A stretch of 12,872 nt of DNA, from NCBI GenBank assembly GCA_020697515.1, contig JAIXNB010000002.1, positions 1 through 12,872 of the forward strand, in the 5' to 3' direction. Numbering within the stretch: the stretch's first letter is position 1; each line of letters begins with the position of its first letter. A program made the position numbers and the translations under genes. The stretch comes from Nanobdellota archaeon (GTDB lineage Archaea > Nanobdellota > Nanobdellia > Nanobdellales > Nanobdellaceae). The notes under the pieces were generated by a model that saw only the letters and a program-made list of their open reading frames with translations, did no database searches and was not told the origin of the DNA. Positions 1-7,897 of the stretch are shown piece by piece.

Positions 1-63
1 AGATTATGGCCATGGAATAATGATACTGAAGGTTTTTATATCGCAAAGATTAAAAAATCATGA
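1..63 (+). CDS. 3' end (20 codons plus TGA) of a gene entering from upstream. The C-terminal peptide resembles the conserved C-terminus of NOL1/NOP2/Sun (RsmB-type) RNA m5C methyltransferases.
   Basis: Frame 1 reads RLWPWNNDTEGFYIAKIKKS*. The D-x-(E/D)-GFF/Y-IAK-hydrophobic-K-K ending is the typical tail of this family. Only 20 residues are visible, so the family call is tentative. Confidence 0.45.
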   Translation, partial: RLWPWNNDTEGFYIAKIKKS

Positions 64-90
64 TATGCCTTATTACAACTGAAAGCCATG

Positions 91-117
91 CCTTTTAGGG
101 CGGGGAGGAGGTCAGAT
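91..117. repeat. GC-rich 27-mer ccttttagggcggggaggaggtcagat, an inverted copy of 7898-7922.
   Basis: The reverse complement of 7898-7922 is cctttaggacggggaggagtcagat. Aligned to 91-117 it gives 24 identical positions, 1 substitution and 2 single-nt indels. A shared 10-mer cggggaggag in a ~30% GC window is very unlikely by chance. Weaker similarity continues about 12 nt further (tcctctcaa vs tcatcttaa). Confidence 0.75.
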
Positions 118-293
118 TCCTCTCAATTAGTTTAGTATAGTGTATTTGAATATATAATACTTTTTTATTCAACATAATTTAGAGTAAGCAATCTAAATAG
201 TTATGTTTTAGACTTTCAACTAGCAAGTTTATTTAGTTAATATCTCCTGTATGTGGTTTCTTTCTATAATATTGGTTTTAATTTTTCAATAAT

Positions 294-319
294 CCCGATA
301 ATAGCTATCATTAATCGGG
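294..319. promoter_or_regulatory. Imperfect palindrome cccgat-N14-atcggg just upstream of the TATA-like block of the CcdA-like gene. It is a possible operator.
   Basis: cccgat (294-299) is the exact reverse complement of atcggg (314-319). A/T-rich TATA-like sequence at 324-346 follows, and the ATG is at 363. There is no other support. Confidence 0.2.
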
Positions 320-362
320 TGTCAATAAAAATTATAATTTTTATTTGTATTATTGCGTTAAT

Positions 363-1076
363 ATGGATCCGAGTATAATAACTAATATAACCAATAATAT
401 TATAATAACCCATGTAACTAATAATACGATTATTGCCACAACTTTATTAGCTATTACAGATTCTATAAACCCATGTACACTAGCAGTTCAATTAGCATTA
501 TTAGCTAGTCTGCTTACTGCAAAAGGGAGGAGATCAGTTCTGCTTGGAGGAATACTATTTTCTATAACAATTTATATAATGTATACTCTGTATGGTCTTG
601 GTATTTTAAAGGTTATATATACACTCGGCATAGATCACTTATTAAGATATATCCTAAAAGGACTTTTAATAGTGTTAGCTTCTCTAGAAATACTAGCATA
701 TTTTCATTATAGGCCAGGTATGGTATCTCTAGAAATGCCGCTTAGACTAAGGCCCATCGCTAGAAAAATCTTATCTTCAGTAAATAACCCACTCACAGTT
801 CTTCCGGCTGCAGTATTATGTTCTGTGCTACTACTTCCATGTACTTCTGGACCATATTTGGCTATGCTCATGATGATAGGAACCATGGAACAATATAAAC
901 AATTACTATGGATACTATATTATAACATTTGGTTTATTCTACCAATGATATTGATAACTCTATTAGTTTACTTCGGATTAAAACCCCAAAAAGTTACAGA
1001 ATGGAGGAAAAAACATATTAAAGAATTACATCTTATAGCCGGCTTACTGTTGTTATTAGTATTCTTCATGGTATGA
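363..1076 (+). CDS. CcdA/DsbD-family integral membrane thiol-disulfide electron transporter (cytochrome c biogenesis protein transmembrane region family).
   Basis: It is a polytopic hydrophobic protein with the two family-typical membrane-embedded cysteines: INPC (Cys codon 474-476) and LLLPCTSGP. It overlaps by 4 nt (ATGA) with a downstream CPHC thioredoxin-fold gene. I start it at the first ATG (363); the track starts it at TTG 345. Confidence 0.65.
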   Translation: MDPSIITNITNNIIITHVTNNTIIATTLLAITDSINPCTLAVQLALLASLLTAKGRRSVLLGGILFSITIYIMYTLYGLGILKVIYTLGIDHLLRYILKGLLIVLASLEILAYFHYRPGMVSLEMPLRLRPIARKILSSVNNPLTVLPAAVLCSVLLLPCTSGPYLAMLMMIGTMEQYKQLLWILYYNIWFILPMILITLLVYFGLKPQKVTEWRKKHIKELHLIAGLLLLLVFFMV

Positions 1077-1636
1077 ACGCTAAACAAATTATTGGAATAG
1101 GACTATTAGCTCTATTAGGTTTACTCTTAGGATATCTATATATCTCTAACATTAATAACCTTACAATTGAGCACAAAATATCTCTATCTAACAAAAGCTC
1201 CATTATCTATATAGTTTATTCCCCTACATGTCCACACTGTGAACATCTTTTAGAATATATATCCAACATTGAAACAAAGTATCCTAATGTAACATTTCTT
1301 AAAACTACTAATGCTAAAGAGATGAATGAATGTTTAAAAGAACATAATATTTCTTGGAATTTTGGAGTTCCATTAGTTGTAGCTTTTACAAAAAATAAAA
1401 CGTATGTTATTGAGGGGTATCCTGATAAATATCAAGATATTAATGGATATTTTCTTGGAGAGAATTTTGAAAGGAATGCGTGTGAACGATCCAACGGAAC
1501 AGCATTCTACAAAGATGGAAAGTATTTATTTTGCATATTCTCTAACGGGAGGATACTAGGAAATAAATATGCTATAGAATACTTAGCAGAGATATGTTCT
1601 AAAGAAAGTTGCATTCCCAAATGTAACCTTTCATAG
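1073..1636 (+). CDS. Membrane-anchored thioredoxin-fold thiol:disulfide oxidoreductase (DsbA-like CPHC active site) with a Cys-rich C-terminal extension.
   Basis: It has an N-terminal signal-anchor helix (IIGIGLLALLGLLLGYLYI). The CPHC motif lies at 1229-1240 in the context VYSPTCPHCEHL. A downstream GVP motif is consistent with the thioredoxin cis-Pro loop. The start ATGA overlaps the stop of the CcdA-like gene. Confidence 0.7.
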   Translation: MNAKQIIGIGLLALLGLLLGYLYISNINNLTIEHKISLSNKSSIIYIVYSPTCPHCEHLLEYISNIETKYPNVTFLKTTNAKEMNECLKEHNISWNFGVPLVVAFTKNKTYVIEGYPDKYQDINGYFLGENFERNACERSNGTAFYKDGKYLFCIFSNGRILGNKYAIEYLAEICSKESCIPKCNLS

Positions 1637-2416
1637 TTTTTTACTCTTATGTTTCTTTACTATCTCTTCCATTGCTTTTTTAAAATCAATTGCTCTTTGA
1701 AACCACTCCTCAACAACATTTCCGGAAATTTCGGATATCTCTCTATGAGCTAATTTGTGTACAAGTTCATAAATAGCCTTATACCACTTTAAATAAACGT
1801 CCTTAAGCACTTTGCTTTGGACCAAACTTTCTAAATATAAAGGAATCTCATCTGGGCTTGGTGGGTTATGTCCTAGAGACATTAACATATAGTGAGCAGA
1901 ATCTACGAATATCCAATAAACCATTTCGAGAGACTTTACAAGGTGATAATAATACATATTAATGTGACTCGGTATTCTACTTTTAATAACTATTATAGCT
2001 TCTTCAGATGGTCTGATTTTTCCTTGCATAAGCATCTTTTTAAGGGCAGCAAACATACCAAAACTGTCTAAAACTGGTATCCCATATCTTAATATATTTA
2101 TTGCTAAGGGGTCTCCAACCTTTACCATTTCCCAAAAGACCGATAAAGATATTGTATTAGCATGTATCTTTTTGAATTTATCTTTATTTAGGATTTCGGC
2201 TAATGTCTTATAGTAATACGCTTTTACAACGTCGTCCCATATATTGTAAATATCATCTACGATTATTAATACATCTACATCTGATTTATTTGTGTGTGTT
2301 TTTTTAGCATGAGATCCAAACAAAGCTACTACTCTAATTAACCCATCAAATTTCTCAACTAATTTTTTTGAAAAATCCAAGACAGTATTGTACGATCCAT
2401 TGTCAACGTCTACCAT
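1631..2416 (-). CDS. Pol-beta-superfamily nucleotidyltransferase domain protein with a C-terminal all-helical (KNTase-C/HEPN-like) domain. Its substrate is unknown.
   Basis: The N-terminal motif LFGSHAKKTHTNKSDVDVLIIVDD matches the G-S-x(9-13)-D-x-D minimal NTase signature. The C-terminal ~150 aa look helical, and no R-x(4-6)-H HEPN nuclease motif is present. It lies 32 nt downstream of pheS on the same strand. Confidence 0.6.
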   Translation of the reverse strand: MVDVDNGSYNTVLDFSKKLVEKFDGLIRVVALFGSHAKKTHTNKSDVDVLIIVDDIYNIWDDVVKAYYYKTLAEILNKDKFKKIHANTISLSVFWEMVKVGDPLAINILRYGIPVLDSFGMFAALKKMLMQGKIRPSEEAIIVIKSRIPSHINMYYYHLVKSLEMVYWIFVDSAHYMLMSLGHNPPSPDEIPLYLESLVQSKVLKDVYLKWYKAIYELVHKLAHREISEISGNVVEEWFQRAIDFKKAMEEIVKKHKSKKL

Positions 2417-2448
2417 TAAGATATTAAGGTTGTGACAAAAATAAATAC

Positions 2449-3864
2449 CTATTTCATGAGCTTATATAAATTTCTAGAATGTAAATCTCTTATATCATCT
2501 ATTCCTAAGCTGATCATAGCTAATCTGTCTATTCCTAACCCCCATGCAATCACGGGGATATTTATTCCAAAAGGTTCTAGCAACTCTTCCCTAAATATTC
2601 CAGCACCTCCAACCTCTATCCATCCTAATTTGGGATGCTTGGCATAAGCTTCTACAGACGGCTCAGTGAATGGGAAATAGGCCGGATAGAATTTTACATC
2701 TTCTGCTCCAACTATATTTGTAATTAACTCTTTTAGTATCCCCAATAAATCCCTGAAAGATAGTCCCTCATCCAATACTATTCCTTCCAGTTGACTAAAC
2801 TCTATGAAGTGAGTTTTATCAATCGTATCATGCCTAAAAACTTTTTCTATCAAGAAATATCTCCCCGGGATTTTAACTTTCTGAAGAGTTCTAGCAGATA
2901 TGGCAGTTACATGAGATATTAACATAGGTATTCTAGGTAACTTTTCATCCCACTTTCCAAATACTCTCATATGTTGTCTTTTAACGCCCTCGTATAACTT
3001 TTCATCGAAATCTTTTAACTCTCCCTCTAGTACAAATATATCTGTAAACGACATTTCTCCTGAAGGATGGTCTTGAGGAACAAACAAAGCTTCGAAGTTC
3101 CAGAAATGAGAGATGATCATAGAGTAGTCTTCCATTTCCTGAAAGCCCATTGATATCAACTCTCTTCTTATATCGTCTAGAAATCTTAGATATGGGTGCT
3201 TTTTACCAGCTCTTGCTGGATTTACTGGAATGTTGATCTCATATTCCTTAAAAGGATACTTCTCCCACAATCTTTCGTTGAACACTCTTTTATCATACTT
3301 TACTATTACATTTTCATCTCTTAGTTGTTTTTTTATCTCTAAACCTTTTTCTGTTAGCTTTACAAAAAATCTTTTTTGCTTTACAATTTCAATTATTTTC
3401 TTTCTTTTGAGCAGATCCTTTACCTCTCCTAATTCTACACCACCTCTAGCTATCTTCTCCAGCAGTTCTTGTTCAGGTAGAGGAACCTTCTTCAGCAACT
3501 TTATAACCCCATTTTCTATCTTTATTGCCCCCTTCTTTTTGAGAACACCTATTGCAGTTTGAATTTCAGACTTATCAAAATACTGTTGAAGATCTCGTAC
3601 GTTTATTTCTTTTTTCTGATCTAGTAGTTCAAGTAGCCTCTTTTCAGGTAATCCTATCTCCAGGTACTTTTTGCCTAACTCTGTTAGTTTTATTCGAGTA
3701 ACTTCCTCCTCCCTAATGTCTACAAGCCCTTTTAGTTTTAGAAAACCTACAGTTCTCAAGACTTGAAAATATTCTAATCCTAGTTTGTTGGCTATATCAT
3801 CCACAGACTTTTCTGTAGTATCAAGGCATTTTAATACCTTTATTTCCAAACCAGAGAGCTCCAT
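2449..3864 (-). CDS. pheS: Phenylalanyl-tRNA synthetase alpha subunit, archaeal/eukaryal type.
   Basis: Class II motifs are present: FRHDTIDKTHFIEFSQLEGIV (motif 2) and GAGIFREELLEPFGI...AWGLGIDRLAM (motif 3). It has a long N-terminal winged-helix-like region. It starts 2 nt after the pheT stop. Confidence 0.93.
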   Translation of the reverse strand: MELSGLEIKVLKCLDTTEKSVDDIANKLGLEYFQVLRTVGFLKLKGLVDIREEEVTRIKLTELGKKYLEIGLPEKRLLELLDQKKEINVRDLQQYFDKSEIQTAIGVLKKKGAIKIENGVIKLLKKVPLPEQELLEKIARGGVELGEVKDLLKRKKIIEIVKQKRFFVKLTEKGLEIKKQLRDENVIVKYDKRVFNERLWEKYPFKEYEINIPVNPARAGKKHPYLRFLDDIRRELISMGFQEMEDYSMIISHFWNFEALFVPQDHPSGEMSFTDIFVLEGELKDFDEKLYEGVKRQHMRVFGKWDEKLPRIPMLISHVTAISARTLQKVKIPGRYFLIEKVFRHDTIDKTHFIEFSQLEGIVLDEGLSFRDLLGILKELITNIVGAEDVKFYPAYFPFTEPSVEAYAKHPKLGWIEVGGAGIFREELLEPFGINIPVIAWGLGIDRLAMISLGIDDIRDLHSRNLYKLMK

Positions 3865-3866
3865 TT

Positions 3867-5516
3867 TTATGATAACTTTAGTAGAGTTGATATGCTTATC
3901 TCAAAGCAAACCATTGGTAAATCAATATCTAATTTATCTAAAATTGCAGGATGTATCTCTGCAATCCATCCGGCATCTACACCATCTATTAATATCCTTC
4001 CAGATCTTCCAGGTATCCCAAATTTTATATCAGTCTTTTGAAGAGAGTACTTCTTATGGATCTCTACAAACAGTCTTTCCAATTTTTCTTTAGCTAAATT
4101 AAATGAAACCTCTGAATCCAAATACGTATAAAATAACTTCCATTCTTCTATTCTCCTTAAGTTTCTTTTAATTGCAGTAATTCCAACCTCAAAAAATTCT
4201 GCAGGCAAGGGGATACCTTTATTGTTGGCTAATATCTGTAAGAATGAGGCTAGTAGGGTTGGTCGAACAACATTATGCTGGGTAGATACAGGATTTAACA
4301 ATTCTATAAGATACTTTTTGTCATACAGAGAACCTGCAACATCTTTACTAACTAAAACGGGGGTATAAAGTTCTATTGCACGCATTCCCACCATTATCTC
4401 TCTTATTCTGTCTATTAATAATCTTCTTTTTGTAAGACCACCCTTTGTGTATATACTGGGTGTTTTAGGTTGTATTTTGTTATAACCGTAAGCTATAAGA
4501 ACCTCTTCGGCAACGTCTTGAGCAGAAATAATATCGTTTCTATAGTTTAGATATTTTATAGTTATCTCATTATCCTTTATTTCTGCAGAAAGTCTTCTTT
4601 TCTTTAGTAAATCTACTATACAACTATCTTTTAGATCCATACCTATTATTCGTTTAATTTTGTTATAACTTGTAGAAAGTTTTCTTTCTTCTATCACCGG
4701 AGTTTCTATTACATCATTGGAATATTCTATTGTTACACTATATACTTCTCCACCACGGTCAGCTAAAGCCAAAACTATTGAATTTAGGGCAATAGATACA
4801 GATTCGAGATCTGTACCAGTCACATCTATAAAAATATTTCTTGTGTTTTCAGAAATCTTCCCGATAGTATTTGAATTTATAATTGGAGGGAAGGATATAA
4901 CTTCACCCTTACTATCTATCAATAAAGGGTACTTATCCATGCCTTCAAGTAGATGTTTATATTTCCTACCGGTTTCTGTTTTGTCTAAGACCTCTCGTAA
5001 TGTCATTTCGGAAGATTCATACAAAGGTGTAAATTTAACAGAATCAGGATCTACTGCCTTATAGTAGACCGGAAACTTTATTAAATCAAGATTGTGGGTA
5101 CCGATAGCCACCTTTCTTCTTTTTCTTCCAAAAGTACTCATTATCTTTTCTTGTAACTGTATTAGACTTGAAAACCCATGTTTCCCAAGCTTGATATTTT
5201 TAACAACTGCTGCTGCAACATAAGGTCTTATTTCTTGGACATTTGGATCGACGATTAATGTGTAATCTCCTTTGTTAATATGATAAGATGGGAGACCAGT
5301 CTCTATCCCTAGGATTCCTTTTAGTTCTCTTACAATCCCTTCCACAGACCATAAATCCGGCCTATTAGTATCTTTAACTTCTATCTTTATTATATCCCCC
5401 AAGACCTCATCTACCTCCCCCTTTATATGAAGAATAAGGTTTTCTAGATCCTCGATAGTTATCTCTTTACCCAATAACCTTGTTAAGTCTTTATGGGAAA
5501 CTTCTATAGTTGGCAT
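3867..5516 (-). CDS. pheT: Phenylalanyl-tRNA synthetase beta subunit, archaeal type.
   Basis: The N-terminus MPTIEVSHKDLTRLLGK... and an overall length of 549 aa are typical of archaeal PheT (B3/4 and B5 domains). It lies directly upstream of pheS. Confidence 0.92.
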   Translation of the reverse strand: MPTIEVSHKDLTRLLGKEITIEDLENLILHIKGEVDEVLGDIIKIEVKDTNRPDLWSVEGIVRELKGILGIETGLPSYHINKGDYTLIVDPNVQEIRPYVAAAVVKNIKLGKHGFSSLIQLQEKIMSTFGRKRRKVAIGTHNLDLIKFPVYYKAVDPDSVKFTPLYESSEMTLREVLDKTETGRKYKHLLEGMDKYPLLIDSKGEVISFPPIINSNTIGKISENTRNIFIDVTGTDLESVSIALNSIVLALADRGGEVYSVTIEYSNDVIETPVIEERKLSTSYNKIKRIIGMDLKDSCIVDLLKKRRLSAEIKDNEITIKYLNYRNDIISAQDVAEEVLIAYGYNKIQPKTPSIYTKGGLTKRRLLIDRIREIMVGMRAIELYTPVLVSKDVAGSLYDKKYLIELLNPVSTQHNVVRPTLLASFLQILANNKGIPLPAEFFEVGITAIKRNLRRIEEWKLFYTYLDSEVSFNLAKEKLERLFVEIHKKYSLQKTDIKFGIPGRSGRILIDGVDAGWIAEIHPAILDKLDIDLPMVCFEISISTLLKLS

Positions 5517-5558
5517 AGAACTAATAATCGAAAGAAAAAATTAAATACGAAAATAAAT

Positions 5559-5816
5559 CTAGATCTCTATCCCTAGTTTCTTTAAGAGCTCTGGGCCCTT
5601 TTCCCTTACAACTCGTTTAGTGATACCCCTAAATCTTGCGCATGCTGGACAAACATGTATTTTTCTTGGTGCAGTTAGTACTGCTAATGGTTTTTGACTC
5701 TCTGGAATGTCTGGAGATACTAATTTTGGCGAGACGTATAATATTACTGCTTTATCAAGCCGTGTTAGCCTACCACAATAATAACACGTTACATATTGAT
5801 ATCTTTTGTACCTCAT
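5559..5816 (-). CDS. rps26e: Ribosomal protein eS26 (S26e), short form.
   Basis: The Zn-ribbon pattern VTCYYCGRLTRLDKAV ... KIHVCPACARFRGITKRV parallels eukaryotic and crenarchaeal S26e (xRCxNCxRCVPKDKAI ... KLHYCVSCAIHSKVV). It lacks the long basic N-terminal tail. Confidence 0.7.
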   Translation of the reverse strand: MRYKRYQYVTCYYCGRLTRLDKAVILYVSPKLVSPDIPESQKPLAVLTAPRKIHVCPACARFRGITKRVVREKGPELLKKLGIEI

Positions 5817-5905
5817 TTCTCTAATTCAATTTGTAACATATCATTAAGCCTGATCACCATTAAAAACCTAAATAAAAATTATTTAAAAGATTTTTATATA
5901 ATTTA

Positions 5906-5923
5906 GGATATCCTGTGGATATC
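5906..5923. promoter_or_regulatory. Tandem GGATATC heptamers spaced 11 nt apart in the divergent eS26/serS intergenic region. This is a candidate transcription-factor site.
   Basis: ggatatc occurs at 5906-5912 and 5917-5923. The first copy is part of the perfect palindrome ggatatcc. The pair sits between a TATA-like tttttatata (5891-5900) and the serS TATA-like ttatatataata (5955-5966). Confidence 0.2.
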
Positions 5924-5985
5924 TGGCCCTAAAAATTTAAATAATGAAGATCTGTTATATATAATAGATTATCGGCCTAACTAGC

Positions 5986-7575
5986 ATGATGGGTTTTCCA
6001 ATAGACTTGAATTTGCTGCGAAAGAATCCCAGATTATTTAAGGAGAGTATTAAAAAGAGAGGAGGGGATCCAAGTGTAATTGACAAGGCATTGGAATTAG
6101 ATAAAAGAAGACTACAATTACAAAGAGAACTAGATAGATTAAGACATAAGAAAAACATATATGCAAGGCTTTTTGGGTTTACAAAACAATATTTGTCCGG
6201 AAAACTAGATGAACAAGTAGTTTTATCTAAACTCAGAGAAGTTGGGATAGAAATCGAAAAAGTAGATGAGAGTATACTAAATAAAATTAAAAAGGAAGTT
6301 ACTAAAATAGACGAAGATATCAAAAAGACTGAAATGGTCTATAAAGATACTTTAAATAATCTAATTAAGTTATTATGGAACCTTCCAAACCTTGTTGCGG
6401 AAGATGTACCTGTTGGAAGTGAAGAAAAAAATATGCCTATAAGATTTTGGGGAATTCCAAAAGTTTATAAGCGGTATATTGAAGCTTTTAGGGAACAGGC
6501 TGAAAGATGGGGTTGGATAATTGTAGAACTAAAGAAATTCCTAGAGGATAAAAGATTCGAAAAGTATGTCAAAAATAGAGAAAAATTGGAAGAACTATAT
6601 AGAATATTAGAGGGAAAAGAGAGCTTTAAAGAGATTAATTTTAATGAAGTTCTCGATTTTAGATTATTAAATAGAGACAGGATAATCCCCTATACACTAG
6701 TAAATTTTGAACCAAAACATCATTATGATTTAATAAAAGATTTTGCTATTGCGGACACTGATAAAGCCGGTATAGTAGCAGGATCTAGGTTTTATTTTGA
6801 GTTCAAGGAGCTAGTACTAATGGATTTGGCGTTGTCTATTGAAGGCATAACATTTTTAATTGAAAGAGGATATAAACCCGTAATACCACCCTATATGTTA
6901 AAGAAGAAGGTATTAGATGGAGTAATAACATTAGAAGACTATGAAGATATGATGTACAAAATAGATGGTGAAGATTTATTTTTAATTGGTACTGCAGAAC
7001 ATCCAATAACTGCGTTATATTATAATGAAATATTTAATGAAGGAGATCTACCTTTAAAAATAGTTGGATGGTCTCCATGCTTTAGAAAGGAGGCAGGAGC
7101 ACATGGTAAGGATACTAAAGGAATATTTAGAGTACACCAGTTTCATAAGGTAGAACAATATATATTCTGTAAGCCAGAAGATTCTGAAAAACTACATGAA
7201 GAATTAATAAGAAATGCTGAGGAGTTCTTGCAGAGATTAAATATTCCATATAGGGTAGTTTTAATTGCTAGTAAAGATATGGGTAAAAGAAATTATAAGC
7301 AATATGATATTGAAGGGTGGTTTCCCGGACAAGGTAAATATAGGGAATTAGTTTCAGGCAGTAATGTAACTGATTGGCAGTCTAGAAGATGTAATATTAG
7401 ATATAGAAAAAAAGATAATAAATTAGATTTCGTACATACTTTAAATTGTACTCTTGTAGCAGTACAGAGGACTCTTTGTGCAATAATGGAAAACTTTTAT
7501 GATCAAAAAAGAGATGCGATAACTGTACCAAAGCTTTTAAGAAAATATATACCAAATAACACTATAGTTCGATGA
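5986..7575 (+). CDS. serS: Seryl-tRNA synthetase (common bacterial/archaeal type), unusually long at 529 aa.
   Basis: The N-terminal coiled-coil arm (IDLNLLRKNPRLFKESIKKRG...) is present, as are motif 2 (SPCFRKEAGAHGKDTKGIFRVHQFHKVEQ), TDWQSRR and motif 3 (HTLNCTLVAVQRTLCAIMENF). TATA-like sequence at 5955-5966, about 25-30 nt before the ATG, suggests a leaderless mRNA. Confidence 0.93.
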   Translation: MMGFPIDLNLLRKNPRLFKESIKKRGGDPSVIDKALELDKRRLQLQRELDRLRHKKNIYARLFGFTKQYLSGKLDEQVVLSKLREVGIEIEKVDESILNKIKKEVTKIDEDIKKTEMVYKDTLNNLIKLLWNLPNLVAEDVPVGSEEKNMPIRFWGIPKVYKRYIEAFREQAERWGWIIVELKKFLEDKRFEKYVKNREKLEELYRILEGKESFKEINFNEVLDFRLLNRDRIIPYTLVNFEPKHHYDLIKDFAIADTDKAGIVAGSRFYFEFKELVLMDLALSIEGITFLIERGYKPVIPPYMLKKKVLDGVITLEDYEDMMYKIDGEDLFLIGTAEHPITALYYNEIFNEGDLPLKIVGWSPCFRKEAGAHGKDTKGIFRVHQFHKVEQYIFCKPEDSEKLHEELIRNAEEFLQRLNIPYRVVLIASKDMGKRNYKQYDIEGWFPGQGKYRELVSGSNVTDWQSRRCNIRYRKKDNKLDFVHTLNCTLVAVQRTLCAIMENFYDQKRDAITVPKLLRKYIPNNTIVR

Positions 7576-7614
7576 TTTCTTTTCATCTTATTTTTAATTT
7601 CAAATTAAAATGTT

Positions 7615-7671
7615 ACCCGCTGGGGTGGTCGGTTGTCATTTATTCCAACCGACCGGTTTGGGCGGGCTTTT
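7615..7671 (+). ncRNA. GC-rich extended hairpin (~52 nt) followed by CTTTT. It is either a small structured RNA of unknown class or a 3' hairpin of the serS transcript.
   Basis: ggtcggttg (7627-7635) pairs perfectly with caaccgacc (7646-7654), giving 9 bp. cccgc (7616-7620) pairs perfectly with gcggg (7662-7666). The segment between the two stems can close with G-U pairs. The hairpin has no internal T4 and is followed by T4 at 7668-7671. The A/T block tttttaattt (7591-7600) lies ~20-25 nt upstream. The strand call rests only on the T-run. Confidence 0.4.
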
Positions 7672-7756
7672 AAAATATTTTAACATAACGTATAAGTTTG
7701 TTACGTAAATATTATCGATTGAGAGCCAGAAACATATAACGTGTTCTTTTGCATCA

Positions 7757-7772
7757 TTTAAATATTTTTATA
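7757..7772 (+). promoter_or_regulatory. TATA-like box tttaaatatttttata, positioned ~25 nt upstream of the start of the GC-rich island.
   Basis: tttttata at 7765-7772 lies ~25 nt before GAAGCCCCC at 7793. The same spacing is seen before several ATGs in this window. A/T-rich context makes this weak on its own. Confidence 0.3.
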
Positions 7773-7897
7773 GTGCTTTGCTAGATAGCAATGAAGCCCC
7801 CTCAAACCTTTAACCCTCTGTCCAATATGTGGGAAAAATAAGCTCACCTGTTTATGGAAATGATAAAAGATATGATTTACACCAGGTTAAGATGATT

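Noticed and set aside
60-82. AUGAUAU, then 12 nt, then CUGA, mimicking a C box, guide and D' box.
   Set aside because: The pseudo C box overlaps the stop codon of the upstream gene, and no C'/D pair follows. It is likely chance.
345-362. TTG start proposed by the track for the CcdA-like gene.
   Set aside because: An ATG lies six codons downstream (363), with TATA-like sequence ~25 nt before it. The extra MYYCVN has no support. The true start remains uncertain.
1631-2416. HEPN/MNT toxin-antitoxin module.
   Set aside because: It is a single fused polypeptide. Its C-terminal helical domain lacks the R-x(4-6)-H motif, and there is no small partner gene.
2432-6323. Track ORFs 2432-2647(+), 3230-3562(+), 3785-4093(+), 4717-5064(+), 5636-5824(+) and 5955-6323(-).
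   Set aside because: All lie antisense to, and wholly or largely inside, well-supported genes (pheS, pheT, eS26, serS). Their products have low-complexity, Ser/Phe/Leu/Ile-rich composition typical of shadow ORFs in AT-rich DNA.
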